Shown here in pieces: positions 7,353 to 17,922 of a stretch of DNA of 64,000 bases. Position numbers and translations under genes: made by a program. Origin of the DNA: Eubacteriales bacterium. GTDB lineage: Bacteria; Bacillota; Clostridia; Oscillospirales; CAG-272. Position 1 is the first letter of the stretch; each line of letters opens with the position of its first letter. Location of the stretch: the NCBI GenBank assembly GCA_045650025.1, contig JAZRQR010000020.1, positions 11,077 through 75,076 on the forward strand, given 5' to 3'. The notes below the pieces were generated by a model. That model had not been told where the DNA came from, did not search any database, and saw nothing but the letters and a program-made list of their open reading frames with translations.

Positions 7353-8825
7353 ATGGCTGAATTAAAAATGCTTGCCATCGACCTTGGCGCGTCCAGCGGC
7401 AGAGGTATCGTTGGCTCCTTCGACGGCGAAAAGCTGACTTTGCGCGAGAATCACAGATTCTCCAACGACCCCATGTACGTCAACGGAAGATTTACCTGGG
7501 ATATCCTGCGCATCTACTTTGAGATCAAGAACTCGATCACCAAGACCATCATTGACGGCGACGACATCGCCAGCATGGGTATCGACACCTGGGGTGTTGA
7601 CTACGGTATGATCGACAAGAACGGCAGACTGATGGCAAACCCCATCCACTACCGTGATGCAAGAACCGAAAACGTGACCGATTACGTTAAGAACTTCGTA
7701 TCCCCCGAAGAGATCTACAACGTAACCGGTATTCAGGCAATCGACTTCAATACCCTCAACCAGCTGGCTGTAGAGAAGAGAGACAACGGCGAGGCATTTG
7801 ACAGAGCTGACAAGCTGCTGTTCATCCCCGACCTGCTCAACTACTTCCTGACCGGTAAGATGGCTACCGAGTATACCATTGCTTCCACCGGTATGATCCT
7901 GGATGCAAACTCCAGAAAGATCGCAACCGAGCTGCTCTCCAAGCTGGGCATTCCGGATAGCAAGTTTGCTCCCATGGTAGAGCCCGGCACTTGCCTTGGC
8001 GGTCTGCTGCCTTCCATTACCGATGAGGTTGGTAAGAACCGCATTCAGGTTTACACCACCGCGTCTCACGATACCGCATCTGCGGTTATCGCAGTTCCTG
8101 CTACCAAGAAGGACTTCATTTACATTTCCTCCGGTACCTGGTCGCTCATGGGCGCTGAGCTGGATGCTCCGCTGATCACCGATGCAACCAGAGAAGCGAA
8201 CTTCACCAACGAGGGCGGCGCAGAGGGCACCATCCGCTTCCTTAAGAACATCATGGGTCTTTGGATCATTCAGGAATCCAGAAGACAGTGGAAGAGAGAA
8301 GGCAAGGATTACTCGTTTGCTCAGATGGAAGCTTGGGCAAAGGAGTGCACGCCGTTCCGTTCGCTGATCAACGTGGACTACAAGACCTTCAACACTCCCG
8401 GCAACATGCCCGAGAAGATCCGCGACTACTGCCGTATGACCGGTCAGCCCGTACCCGAAACCGTGGGCGAGGTCGTTCGTTGCATTTACGAGTCTCTGGC
8501 TCTCAAGTATCGCTACACCGTAGACACCATTGGCAGACTGCAGGGTAAGCCCGCAACCATGATCAACGTCGTGGGCGGCGGCACCAAGGATAAGTTCCTG
8601 TCTCAGATGACCGCGGACGCTTGCGGTATTCCCGTATGCGCAGGTCCTGAGGAGGCAACCGCTATCGGTAACCTGGTATCCCAGGCAATTGCACAGGGCG
8701 AGATCAAGGATTTGGCTGAGGCAAGAGTCGTAGTGGCTAACTCCTTTGAGATGAAGCACTACGAGCCCTGCGCACAGCGCGAGGCATGGGATGAAGCGTA
8801 CGCACGCTTCTGCAAGCTGCAGTAA
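7353..8825 (+). CDS. rhaB: FGGY-family carbohydrate kinase, rhamnulokinase-like
   Basis: AIDLGASSGRGIV...HRFSN...WD N-terminus typical of RhaB; GGGAGGG SD before ATG 7353. Confidence 0.7.
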   Translation: MAELKMLAIDLGASSGRGIVGSFDGEKLTLRENHRFSNDPMYVNGRFTWDILRIYFEIKNSITKTIIDGDDIASMGIDTWGVDYGMIDKNGRLMANPIHYRDARTENVTDYVKNFVSPEEIYNVTGIQAIDFNTLNQLAVEKRDNGEAFDRADKLLFIPDLLNYFLTGKMATEYTIASTGMILDANSRKIATELLSKLGIPDSKFAPMVEPGTCLGGLLPSITDEVGKNRIQVYTTASHDTASAVIAVPATKKDFIYISSGTWSLMGAELDAPLITDATREANFTNEGGAEGTIRFLKNIMGLWIIQESRRQWKREGKDYSFAQMEAWAKECTPFRSLINVDYKTFNTPGNMPEKIRDYCRMTGQPVPETVGEVVRCIYESLALKYRYTVDTIGRLQGKPATMINVVGGGTKDKFLSQMTADACGIPVCAGPEEATAIGNLVSQAIAQGEIKDLAEARVVVANSFEMKHYEPCAQREAWDEAYARFCKLQ

Positions 8826-8869
8826 TAGCATTTTAAGAATCAGCATAAAGCACGGGGAGGATCAAAATT

Positions 8870-10000
8870 ATGATGAAGGAAAAACAGTTTGCCGATCTGA
8901 GTCTGATCGGTATGCGCGGCTGCGAGGAATTTGCAAAGAAGGTGGATTATTATCTCAAGGATTGGCACGGCCTTTCCCAGGATGATACCTACCTTGTCAA
9001 CGTTATCTGTCCCAGATTCGGCACGGGTGAAGCAAAGGCGCTGATCAAGCAGTCCATGCGCGGTCAGGACGTTTACATTATCTGTGACGTTTTCAACTAC
9101 AGCGTGACCTACAAGATGTACGGTATGACCGTTCCGATGAGCCCGGACGATCACTACGCTGACCTTAAGCGCATTATTGCAGCCCTTGCAGGTAAGGCAA
9201 GAAGAATCACCGTGATCATGCCCATGCTCTACGAGGGCAGACAGCACCGCAGACAGGCACGCGAGTCGCTCGACTGTGCACTGATGCTGCAGGAGCTTTG
9301 CGCAATGGGCGTTTCCAACATCATCACCTTTGATGCTCACGACCCCAGAATTTGTAACGCGATCCCGCTCCACGGCTTTGATGACGTGCAGCCTACTTAT
9401 CAGATGGTCAAGGCGCTGGTTCGCAGCGTACCCGATATCATGATCGATAAGGATCACATGATGATCATCTCTCCCGATGAGGGCGCTATGCAGAGATGCA
9501 TGTACTATTCCTCGGTGCTGGGGCTGAACATCGGTATGTTCTACAAGCGCCGTAACTACTCTGTCGTGGTCAACGGCAAGAACCCCATCGAGGCACACGA
9601 GTACCTCGGTCAGGATCTGCACGGCAAGGACGTGCTGATCGTGGACGACATGATCTCCTCGGGTGAATCCCTCCTGGACGTTGCAACTCAGCTCAAGAGC
9701 AGAGGGGCTAAGCGCGTATTCGCGTGCGCGTCCTTCGGTCTGTTCACCGACGGCTGCGCTAAGTTCGACAAAGCGTTTGAAGACGGCGTGATCGACCGCG
9801 TGCTGTCCACCAACCTGGTGTACCGCCGCCCCGAGCTGGCAGACCGCAAATGGTTCGTGGAGGTGGATATGTCCAAGTACGTTTCCTACATCGTCGAGAC
9901 GCTCAACCACGACACCACCATCAGCGAGCTGCTCGATCCCGTATCCAAGATCAACGCGCTTATGGAAAAGCATAAGGCAGAGCTTGCACAGGGTAAGTAA
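8870..10000 (+). CDS. prs: Ribose-phosphate pyrophosphokinase family protein
   Basis: DAHDP and LIVDDMISSGES (PRPP-binding loop) motifs; 376 aa, longer than classical Prs. Confidence 0.75.
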   Translation: MMKEKQFADLSLIGMRGCEEFAKKVDYYLKDWHGLSQDDTYLVNVICPRFGTGEAKALIKQSMRGQDVYIICDVFNYSVTYKMYGMTVPMSPDDHYADLKRIIAALAGKARRITVIMPMLYEGRQHRRQARESLDCALMLQELCAMGVSNIITFDAHDPRICNAIPLHGFDDVQPTYQMVKALVRSVPDIMIDKDHMMIISPDEGAMQRCMYYSSVLGLNIGMFYKRRNYSVVVNGKNPIEAHEYLGQDLHGKDVLIVDDMISSGESLLDVATQLKSRGAKRVFACASFGLFTDGCAKFDKAFEDGVIDRVLSTNLVYRRPELADRKWFVEVDMSKYVSYIVETLNHDTTISELLDPVSKINALMEKHKAELAQGK

Positions 10001-10016
10001 AGCAAATAGCAAAAAA

Positions 10017-10049
10017 GGGCAGAGCCGCAAGGCTCTGCCCAATTTTTTT
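10017..10049 (+). terminator. Rho-independent terminator after prs
   Basis: GGGCAGAGCC-GCAA-GGCTCTGCCC followed by AATTTTTTT. Confidence 0.85.
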
Positions 10050-10063
10050 ACGCAAAATAAGTG

Positions 10064-10092
10064 TTGCATTATTTCGAAACATGTGATATAAT
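10064..10092 (+). promoter_or_regulatory. Promoter TTGCAT-N17-TATAAT
   Basis: Hexamers 10064-10069 and 10087-10092, TGA extended -10. Confidence 0.7.
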
Positions 10093-10122
10093 ATATCTAA
10101 CTATAAGTAAAGGACAATTTTT

Positions 10123-10635
10123 ATGAAACTGATCGCATTTCCCGAATGTGGAAAAATCGTCAATACCCACGGCGTTATGGGCGCTGTCAAAATAGAATCC
10201 TGGTGCAACACCCCTGCGGTGCTTGCCAAATTGAAGAGAGTTTATCTGCCCACTAAGGAGGGTATGAAGGAGCTCAAGGTCACCCGCGCGTCGGTGTTCA
10301 AGCAGTTCGTGCTTGCCGAGATTGAGGGCATTGGCACTGTCGAAGCGGCAAACGCGCTGCGCGGCAAGGTCATTCACGCCGCAAGAGAGGATCTGAAGAT
10401 CCCCGAGGGCGAGTATCTGATCGCAGAGCTGATCGGTCTGGATCTCGTAGACGTGGAGAGCGGCAAAGTGTACGGACAGCTCTCGGAGGTGCTTGACCAG
10501 GGACCTGCCGACATTTACGTGGTCAACACCCCGAGCGGTGAGCGCATGATGCCTGCCGTTCCCGAATTCGTCAAGGGCATTGATCCCGAGCGCGGCATTC
10601 TGGTTGCCCCCATCGGCGGCATGCTGGAAGACTAA
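10123..10635 (+). CDS. rimM: 16S rRNA processing protein RimM
   Basis: 170 aa; GKIVNTHGVMGAVKI N-terminal barrel and C-terminal PRC-like region; adjacent to trmD. Confidence 0.85.
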   Translation: MKLIAFPECGKIVNTHGVMGAVKIESWCNTPAVLAKLKRVYLPTKEGMKELKVTRASVFKQFVLAEIEGIGTVEAANALRGKVIHAAREDLKIPEGEYLIAELIGLDLVDVESGKVYGQLSEVLDQGPADIYVVNTPSGERMMPAVPEFVKGIDPERGILVAPIGGMLED

Positions 10636-10650
10636 ATAAGAGGGAAGATC

Positions 10651-11352
10651 ATGAGATTTGATATTATGACCCTGTTTCCCGAGCTGGTTGGCTACGTGCT
10701 GGGCGAAAGCATCATCGGCCGTGCGCAGAAAAGTGGCGCGATCGAGGTACATACCCACCAGATCCGGGATTATTCCGAGGACAAGCATCGCCGCGTGGAC
10801 GACACGCCCTACGGCGGCGGTAAGGGCATGCTGATGGCAGCACCGCCCGTTTATAATTGTTTCCAAGGCGTGCTGCACAAGCAGGCAGAGGAGGGATTTA
10901 CCGGCACGCGCCGCGTGATCTATATGTCTCCCGCAGGCAAGGTGCTGACGCAGAAAAAAGCCGAGGAGCTGGCGCAGTACGATAATTTAGTGCTGCTGTG
11001 CGGTCACTACGAGGGCATTGACTGCCGCGTAATTGAGGAGATCGTGGACGAAGAGCTTTCGATCGGCGATTACGTGCTCACGGGCGGTGAGATCCCCGCT
11101 TGCATTGTGGTGGACGCTGTGGCGCGCCTTTGCGAGGGCGTGCTTGCCGATCCCGAATGCTACGAAAAGGAAAGCATTTCCTCGGGACTTTTGGAATACC
11201 CCCAATACACAAGACCTTATGAATGGCACGGCGTTAAGGTGCCCGACGTACTCATCTCGGGACACCACGCCAATATTGACGCGTGGCGACTGCAAAAAGC
11301 CACCGAAAAGACCCAAAAACAAAGACCTGATCTCTTAGAAAATCACGACTGA
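10651..11352 (+). CDS. trmD: tRNA (guanine37-N1)-methyltransferase
   Basis: MRFDIMTLFPE start, GHYEGID and SIGDYVLTGGE motifs. Confidence 0.95.
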   Translation: MRFDIMTLFPELVGYVLGESIIGRAQKSGAIEVHTHQIRDYSEDKHRRVDDTPYGGGKGMLMAAPPVYNCFQGVLHKQAEEGFTGTRRVIYMSPAGKVLTQKKAEELAQYDNLVLLCGHYEGIDCRVIEEIVDEELSIGDYVLTGGEIPACIVVDAVARLCEGVLADPECYEKESISSGLLEYPQYTRPYEWHGVKVPDVLISGHHANIDAWRLQKATEKTQKQRPDLLENHD

Positions 11353-11366
11353 AAGGAGGGAGCGCT

Positions 11367-13361
11367 TTGACCGACCGAAAAACTGCGCCGAAAAAGCAAA
11401 AGGTTGGCTCGCTGTTTTTTCATCTCTTTAATCGCTTGTCGCTGTGGCTCTATACGTTATTGATCGGCAGCCTTCCTGCCCGTCTTTTAACCTCCTATGA
11501 TGCGTTGGAAAATCGATGGAGCGTGCTTTGCCTGCGTGTGCTGGGTGCACCGGATGGTAAGCTTCGTCAATCCATGCACAAGGCGCGCCTGCGCTGTGCA
11601 TCCTGGATGGAGCGTAGCGTCATCCTGCGCATACTGGATAGACTTGTCCGGTTCTTTATGCATTGTCCCTTAAACGTATATGGCATGTTCTTCTTTATAT
11701 ACGGTGGCGTTGGTGCTGCGGTGTACTTTGTAGCAGAGCGCTTGTCGGTCAGCTACGCGGGCGATCTTGGCTGGGGCGTTGCCGGCATTGTGATCGCGTT
11801 TGCATCCTTGCCGCTGCTTGCAACGGGCAAGCCGCTGAGCACGGCTGCGTTTGGTAGCCGCATCGTGGGTAATATTCTTCGCTCGTACGTTGGACTGGAG
11901 CCGCCCCTGAAAGAGAAGGAAAAGGAACGCGGCAGCACCCTGATGGTGTACGCGGCATTGATCTTTGGCATTGCAGCGGGCGCGCTGACCTTCTTCTTCC
12001 ATCCGGTCACGGTACCGATTGCCGCTGTTCTTCTGGCTCTGGCAATTGCCGTGCTGTACGTTCCCGAGTGCGGCGTACTGCTGGCTTGCGGCTCGATCTG
12101 GATGTGGTGGATGACGGGATACCCCATGCTGTGCGTGATTGGCATTACCGTGATCACTCTGATCAGCTATGCCAATAAGCTCATTCGAGGCAGACGCGTC
12201 ATGTACGTGCGCCTGATCGATTTTATGATGCTGTTGCTGCTCGCTGTATTTGCTTTGCAGGGCGTGATACTGCAAAGCGGCTTCTATGCAATTGCATACG
12301 GCGTTGGATATGCGTTATTGATCGCCGTGTATTTCCCGGTCGTCAATCTGATGCGCTCCCGCGAGTGGTTAAATCGCTGCTATAAGCTGCTTGCGATCTC
12401 GGGCTCCGTGCTGGCTGTTATCAGCATTTTGCCTGTGGCGCAGATCCTGTATTTCCTGGATATTACGCTTTTGCGCGTGGATCTTTCCATGTTTGAGCAG
12501 CTCTTTACCAGATATGATTCGTATTTCAGTCAGAAAAACATGGTGGGCGGCATTTTGCTGATGCTGCTGCCCATGATGCTGAGCCGATTTGCAGACAGAC
12601 GCACCATTACGGGCTTTTTCTGGAAGCTGCTTTGGATCATTGCAGGATGCGCGTTTGTCGTGCTGTCCATGCAGCTTGGCTTATGGATCGGCATGATCGT
12701 TGCGCTGCTTGTATTCTTCTTTGTGTACAGCTACCGTTCGTTGAGCACCGCAATGCTGCTTGCATTCCCGGTAGGCTGGGGCGTGGTATGGCGGGAGGAA
12801 ATTGACGGACTGATTGGCATGAGCCGCTGGAATATCGTGACGGATATGCAGCATGTGATAGTCAGCTTTGCGGACGATGCATACAGACGGTACGAGATCG
12901 CGCGCAGCGTGCTGCGCCTGTCCCGTGATCACCTGCTGGGCGTCGGCTTTGGCGACCAGGCGGTTTATTCCGTATTTGCGCATTATGCAGCACCCGGTAT
13001 GGAAAATGCCGTTGTGCAAAGCACGTATTTGCAGTTTTTGCTGGAATGCGGCTACCACGGTGTATTCCTGATGGTTGCGATGCTGGTCACCTTTGTGATC
13101 TGTGTGCTGACGTACCTGCATTGGGGTGGCGATGCCGCTACCAAGGTGCGTGCCGCAGCGGGTCTTGCAGGTGTTGTTGGCGTATTGGTATGCGCGGCAT
13201 TTTGCAATTTCATGAATAACGCAAGCTTGTTTGGATTGTTCTGGCTGGTAATCGGCTTGACGGTGGCGAGCCTGCGCACGCAATACGAAACGCATGCACG
13301 TGCAGTGCAAACGCATGCTTCTACGGGGGAACGCTCGGATATTGCGTTCCGTACCAGATAA
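11367..13361 (+). CDS. O-antigen ligase (Wzy_C) family polytopic membrane protein
   Basis: 664 aa, more than 10 TM; GVGFGDQ...STYLQFLLECGYHG loop; TTG start 6 nt after AAGGAGGG. Confidence 0.65.
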   Translation: MTDRKTAPKKQKVGSLFFHLFNRLSLWLYTLLIGSLPARLLTSYDALENRWSVLCLRVLGAPDGKLRQSMHKARLRCASWMERSVILRILDRLVRFFMHCPLNVYGMFFFIYGGVGAAVYFVAERLSVSYAGDLGWGVAGIVIAFASLPLLATGKPLSTAAFGSRIVGNILRSYVGLEPPLKEKEKERGSTLMVYAALIFGIAAGALTFFFHPVTVPIAAVLLALAIAVLYVPECGVLLACGSIWMWWMTGYPMLCVIGITVITLISYANKLIRGRRVMYVRLIDFMMLLLLAVFALQGVILQSGFYAIAYGVGYALLIAVYFPVVNLMRSREWLNRCYKLLAISGSVLAVISILPVAQILYFLDITLLRVDLSMFEQLFTRYDSYFSQKNMVGGILLMLLPMMLSRFADRRTITGFFWKLLWIIAGCAFVVLSMQLGLWIGMIVALLVFFFVYSYRSLSTAMLLAFPVGWGVVWREEIDGLIGMSRWNIVTDMQHVIVSFADDAYRRYEIARSVLRLSRDHLLGVGFGDQAVYSVFAHYAAPGMENAVVQSTYLQFLLECGYHGVFLMVAMLVTFVICVLTYLHWGGDAATKVRAAAGLAGVVGVLVCAAFCNFMNNASLFGLFWLVIGLTVASLRTQYETHARAVQTHASTGERSDIAFRTR

Positions 13362-13380
13362 TCAAGGAAGGGAAATGAGT

Positions 13381-13977
13381 ATGGCTGATCATAAAAGAAA
13401 TATGGTCTCTTCGGATGAGCAAAAGGCATCCAGCATTGCTCCCGAGGTGGCGCCCGGCGTCAAGACAGAGACCAAAAAGAAAATTCGCAAAGCGCCCAAG
13501 GTCAAGAAGCAAAGAAAGAAGGGCATGCCGATCGTGGTGGATATCCTGGTCGTATGCGTCTTTTTGGCGGTGCTTGTCGGCTCGGTCTGGGGACTTTACA
13601 AGGTGACCGAGTATTTCTCCACCAGATACGCGCCCATGGACATTACCTATACGCTGCTGACGTCCGACGTGAGTGCCGAGCTGGCATTTGACGAGGACGG
13701 TAAGTGCGTGGTATTGCCCGACAGCGACGTATATGCGCTGCAAGACGGGCAGAGCGTGCCGGTTGGTCAGGTGCTTTCGGTTTCGACCGAGCAGCAGGAT
13801 GACGGTACGGTTGACGTCTACGTCGTCGTAGAGACCAATGCGGATTACAATTACGCGCTGGGCTACTTTGTCAATCAAGTCAAGATCGCTGTCGGAAAAA
13901 CGTACGAATGCCGCTTCAGCGGTCTGGTAAGCGATGCGGTGATCGTGGAGCTTCAGGTAGTAGACGAGGAGGCGTAA
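13381..13977 (+). CDS. Hypothetical membrane-anchored protein (Lys-rich N-terminus, single TM; possibly DUF4330)
   Basis: Start at ATG 13381 by SD spacing; KKKIRKAPKVKKQRKK then a TM helix. Confidence 0.45.
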   Translation: MADHKRNMVSSDEQKASSIAPEVAPGVKTETKKKIRKAPKVKKQRKKGMPIVVDILVVCVFLAVLVGSVWGLYKVTEYFSTRYAPMDITYTLLTSDVSAELAFDEDGKCVVLPDSDVYALQDGQSVPVGQVLSVSTEQQDDGTVDVYVVVETNADYNYALGYFVNQVKIAVGKTYECRFSGLVSDAVIVELQVVDEEA

Positions 13978-13978
13978 T

Positions 13979-14482
13979 ATGAACAAGACCGAAAAGAGAA
14001 AGAATTTATTTTCATCCGGTGGCGTATTTGTCGATATTTTTATCGGATTTTTGATTGCTGCTTGTATTGCCGGTATTGTGTACCGCTGCTTTATTTACGA
14101 CCCGAATGCGGGTGTGCCGGACGGCAAATCGTATATGGTCTATTTTGAGATCGAGAACGCGCAGGAAAGCTTTGCAGACTATCTGGACAGCGGCGATGCG
14201 GTATACGATGGCGCTACGGGCTTGCGCATTGGTGCGCTTGCGTTGCATGAGGCGCATGCAGAGGGCAGCGCAGTCGCATTGCTGCAGGACGAGGCAGATC
14301 CGGCAGACGAGGTAATCGTGCGCGGCTTGATGCGTTCGGTGCCCGGTGAGATGGAGCAGGGAACGCTGGTGATCGGCGGCACGTATATGCTGACGCCGGG
14401 TCAGGTGCTGGAGATCTACACCGATACGGTGTCGCTTGAGGTGCGCATTTTGAAAATTGTGGAGCACTCTGAAGAGAAGTAA
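13979..14482 (+). CDS. Hypothetical membrane-anchored protein (single N-terminal TM; possibly DUF4330)
   Basis: GAGGAGG SD; same architecture as upstream neighbour. Confidence 0.45.
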   Translation: MNKTEKRKNLFSSGGVFVDIFIGFLIAACIAGIVYRCFIYDPNAGVPDGKSYMVYFEIENAQESFADYLDSGDAVYDGATGLRIGALALHEAHAEGSAVALLQDEADPADEVIVRGLMRSVPGEMEQGTLVIGGTYMLTPGQVLEIYTDTVSLEVRILKIVEHSEEK

Positions 14483-14577
14483 TTTTTCGTTACGACGAAT
14501 CCGCGGATCGTTTTGTGCAATATGACGGAAAAGTATTCGTCCACTTGTCAAAAATTCCTATAGAATGACGCTTGATT

Positions 14578-14606
14578 TTGACGCTTCCATTTGTTATACT
14601 TATAAT
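14578..14606 (+). promoter_or_regulatory. Promoter TTGACG-N17-TATAAT
   Basis: Hexamers 14578-14583 and 14601-14606. Confidence 0.7.
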
Positions 14607-14649
14607 AGTAAAACTGTCTGTATAACTACTAAAGAAACGGGAGAGATAT

Positions 14650-14913
14650 ATGAAGTCTTGTCAAGTTGTGATTACCAATGCGAGCGGTTTGCATGCCAGA
14701 CCTGCTACGTTCTTCATTCAGAAGGCAAACAGCTACAGATGCTCTATCTGGATTGAGAAGGAAGAGCGCAAGGTCAATGCAAAGAGCCTTTTGGGCGTAC
14801 TGTCTTTGGGTATTGCCAAGGGCATGTCTGTTACGCTGACTGCGGACGGACAGGATGAAGAGCTTGCACTGCAGGGCTTGCAGGCGCTCATCAACTCCGG
14901 ATTTTCCGAATAA
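14650..14913 (+). CDS. ptsH: Phosphocarrier protein HPr
   Basis: 87 aa; SGLHARPA (His15) and KSLLGVLSLG (Ser46) motifs. Confidence 0.85.
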   Translation: MKSCQVVITNASGLHARPATFFIQKANSYRCSIWIEKEERKVNAKSLLGVLSLGIAKGMSVTLTADGQDEELALQGLQALINSGFSE

Positions 14914-15000
14914 GGCAAACGGCTTGTATAAAACGGTGTGTGGGAACGAGGGTAAGTGTCCGCGCACCGTTTTTACTATTTTGCGGGAAAGGAGAAGGCT

Positions 15001-16833
15001 ATGTCTCAAAATCGTATGCAGCAGCTTTTAAGCAAAGCGAATGCACTGCCGCTGACCCCGGGCGTGTATATCATGAAGGACGCTTCGGGCAAGGTCATTT
15101 ACGTGGGCAAATCCCGCAAGCTGAAAAATCGCGTGTCGCAGTATTTTCAAAACAGCGAGAAGAATGCCAAGACTGCGCGCATGGTTGAGCGTGTGCAGGA
15201 CTTTGATTATATCCTGTGCGAAACTGAGATCGAAGCACTCTCCTTGGAAAACACGCTGATCAAGCAATATACCCCCAAGTATAACATCCGCCTCAAGGAT
15301 GCAAAATCCTACCCGTATATCAAGATTACGGATGAGGCGTATCCGCGTCTTGTCATGATCCGTAAGCGCGAGGCGGACAAGGGTAAATATTTCGGACCCT
15401 ATTCGGGCACGTCTACCGTGTATACCGTGATCGGTTCGTTGCAAAAGGCGTTGCAGCTGCCAAACTGCAAGCGCAAATTTCCCGAGCAGATCGGCAAGGA
15501 ACGCCCTTGCTTGTACTATCAGATCAAGCAATGCTGCGGCGTTTGCACGGGCAAGGTGACCCCTGAGGCGTATGCCGATAAGATCCATACAGCCATGGAG
15601 CTTCTGCGCGGCAATACTGCTGCCGAAAAGCGGCGCTTGACCGAGCAGATGTACGCCCTTGCCGAGCAGGAGCGTTACGAGGCGGCAGCCGTCTGCCGCG
15701 ATACCATTGCGTCACTTGACCGCCTTTCGCAAAAGCAAAGCGTGGTGGGCGCACCGGATGACGATTACGACGTATTCGGCTTGCACGACGACGGCGTGCT
15801 GTCCGCACTTTCGGTATTCTTTGTGCGCGGCGGCGTTTGTACCGATAAGCAGGATTTCCTGTTTGACAAAGAAAACATTGCGGATCTGGATTCGGTGCTG
15901 TCCTTTATTTGCGATCTGTATCGCAGCAGAAGTGACGTGCCGCGCCTGATCTTGATTTCCTTTGCGCCTGACGAGGACGCACGCGCCACGGCTGCCGAGT
16001 TCTTGGGCGGCATTGCGGGGCGCAAGGTGGAGCTGCGTACTCCCGAGAGAGGCACGCTGCGTGCCCTTTGCGAAACCGTGACCGCCAACGCGCGCGAGGT
16101 GGCGGAAAAGAGCGCCACGCATGAGAGCCGCCGCGAGGGCGTGCTGCTGCGCCTGGCGCATATATTGGAGCTGGAGAGCTATCCCGCACGCATTGAGGCG
16201 TACGACATCTCCAATTTTGGTAAGGAGCATTTGACCGCAGGCATGATCGTGACGCGTGACGGTGCCTTTGCCAAGCGCGATTACCGTACCTTTAAGATCA
16301 AATCGGTTGAGGGAACCGACGACTACGCCAGCATGCGTGAGGCGCTTTCGCGCCGCTTGGCGCACCTGTCGGACGAGGAGGGGAGCTTCTCGGAATATCC
16401 CGACCTGATATTGCTTGACGGCGGACGCGGACACGTGGCTGTGGTGCGTGCGCTGGCAGATGAGCTTGGGATCGACGTGCCCATTTTCGGTATGGTCAAG
16501 GACGATTTCCATAAAACGCGCGCGCTTTGTACCGATACGGAAGAGATCAGTATCGCAAAGGAGACCGCGGTATTTCAGTTTATTTACGGCATACAGGAAG
16601 AGGTGCACCGCTATACCGTTGGCAGCATGAAAAAAGCCAAGGGCAAAACGCTTGTGACCTCCACCTTGACGCAGATTCCGGGCATCGGACCTGCCAAGGC
16701 AGCGGCGCTGCTCAAAATGCCGGGCGGCTTGCAAGCCGTCAAGCGCGCCTCGCGCGAGGAGCTTATGCGCATCAAGGGCATTGGGGAAAAGGATGCCGAC
16801 GCCATTATCGCACACTTTAAAGAAAAGAGATAA
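15001..16833 (+). CDS. uvrC: Excinuclease ABC subunit C
   Basis: GIY-YIG N-terminus (GVYIMKD..VIYVGKS), UVR domain, C-terminal (HhH)2; SD GGAGAAGG before ATG 15001. Confidence 0.95.
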   Translation: MSQNRMQQLLSKANALPLTPGVYIMKDASGKVIYVGKSRKLKNRVSQYFQNSEKNAKTARMVERVQDFDYILCETEIEALSLENTLIKQYTPKYNIRLKDAKSYPYIKITDEAYPRLVMIRKREADKGKYFGPYSGTSTVYTVIGSLQKALQLPNCKRKFPEQIGKERPCLYYQIKQCCGVCTGKVTPEAYADKIHTAMELLRGNTAAEKRRLTEQMYALAEQERYEAAAVCRDTIASLDRLSQKQSVVGAPDDDYDVFGLHDDGVLSALSVFFVRGGVCTDKQDFLFDKENIADLDSVLSFICDLYRSRSDVPRLILISFAPDEDARATAAEFLGGIAGRKVELRTPERGTLRALCETVTANAREVAEKSATHESRREGVLLRLAHILELESYPARIEAYDISNFGKEHLTAGMIVTRDGAFAKRDYRTFKIKSVEGTDDYASMREALSRRLAHLSDEEGSFSEYPDLILLDGGRGHVAVVRALADELGIDVPIFGMVKDDFHKTRALCTDTEEISIAKETAVFQFIYGIQEEVHRYTVGSMKKAKGKTLVTSTLTQIPGIGPAKAAALLKMPGGLQAVKRASREELMRIKGIGEKDADAIIAHFKEKR

Positions 16834-16839
16834 AACGCT

Positions 16840-17418
16840 ATGATGAGAATTATTACGGGAAAAGCAAGAGGCTGCAAGCTGTACACGCTGGAGGGCACCG
16901 ACACGCGTCCGACCACCGAGCGAGTCAAGCAAGCCGTGTTTTCCATGATCCAATTTGATATTGAGGGCAGAGACGTGCTGGATCTGTTCGGCGGCTCGGG
17001 ACAGATGGGACTGGAGGCGGTCTCGCGCGGTGCACGCCATGCTATCATTGTGGATAAGTCCAAGCCCGCCGTGGACGTCATTTATAAGAACATGCTCAAA
17101 ACCAAGCTCGCCCCCGATTGCTTTGTGGTCAAGTCGGATTATGCCGATTTCCTCAAGAGCCGCCAGGGCAGAGAGCAATACGACATTGTATTTTTGGATC
17201 CGCCCTACGCATCCGATGCGCTGTCCGAGTCTCTGCTGCTGCTTTTGCGCTACGACCTCTTAAAGCCGGGCGCGCGCGTGATCTGCGAGTCGGATAAGGA
17301 GAACATCTGGGGCAAGCATTTCGCACTTTGCGATCGCTATCGCGTAGTGGGCAAGACCCACCATGCATCCTCGTTTGTTACCATTCTTGAGCCTGTTGTG
17401 GAGGATGACGAGGCATGA
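16840..17418 (+). CDS. rsmD: 16S rRNA (guanine966-N2)-methyltransferase
   Basis: DLFGGSGQMGLEAVSRGA and DPPY motifs. Confidence 0.85.
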   Translation: MMRIITGKARGCKLYTLEGTDTRPTTERVKQAVFSMIQFDIEGRDVLDLFGGSGQMGLEAVSRGARHAIIVDKSKPAVDVIYKNMLKTKLAPDCFVVKSDYADFLKSRQGREQYDIVFLDPPYASDALSESLLLLLRYDLLKPGARVICESDKENIWGKHFALCDRYRVVGKTHHASSFVTILEPVVEDDEA

Positions 17419-17921
17419 GCCGCGCCATCATTCCGGGCAGCTTTGATCCCATGACGCTGGGACACAAGCAGGTCATAGCCGCGGCTGCCGCTATCTTTGA
17501 CGAGGTGGTGGTGCTGGTCATGCATAACGATATGACCAAGTACGTATCGGATGCCAAGGCAAAGCAATACGCATTTGATACCGAGGCACGCGTGCACATT
17601 GCGCGCCTGACCTGCGCCGATATTCCGGGCGTGCGCGTGGAAACGCGAGGCGGCTTGCTGATCGACGCATTTGACGAGTTTGCGGGGGACGCGATCGTCA
17701 AGGGCGTGCGCAACGAGCAGGATTTTGCCTATGAGCAGATCCACGCGTCCTGGAATCTCGCACATAACCCCCGTGCACGTACGCTGTACCTTCCTGCCGA
17801 CCCTGCTTTTGCGCACGTCAGCTCCACCTTGGCGCGAGAGCGACTGCAAAAAGGGGAGGATCTTTCCGATATTCTTGCACCCCAAGCCATTGAATGGATA
17901 AAAACACACAAGGAGGCATAA
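17415..17921 (+). CDS. coaD: Pantetheine-phosphate adenylyltransferase
   Basis: PGSFDPMTLGH motif; overlaps rsmD stop. Confidence 0.9.
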   Translation: MSRAIIPGSFDPMTLGHKQVIAAAAAIFDEVVVLVMHNDMTKYVSDAKAKQYAFDTEARVHIARLTCADIPGVRVETRGGLLIDAFDEFAGDAIVKGVRNEQDFAYEQIHASWNLAHNPRARTLYLPADPAFAHVSSTLARERLQKGEDLSDILAPQAIEWIKTHKEA

Positions 17922-17922
17922 T

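Noticed and set aside
15712-17178. 488-aa minus-strand ORF; similar long antisense ORFs at 7362-8846, 8840-10069, 30321-31658, 38003-39220, 41009-42196, 52950-54152 and 57080-58624
   Set aside because: All are antisense to genes with strong motif support (uvrC/rsmD, the kinase, prs, radical SAM, potD, potA, GH78-like, lipoprotein). I treat them as a GC3-bias artefact.
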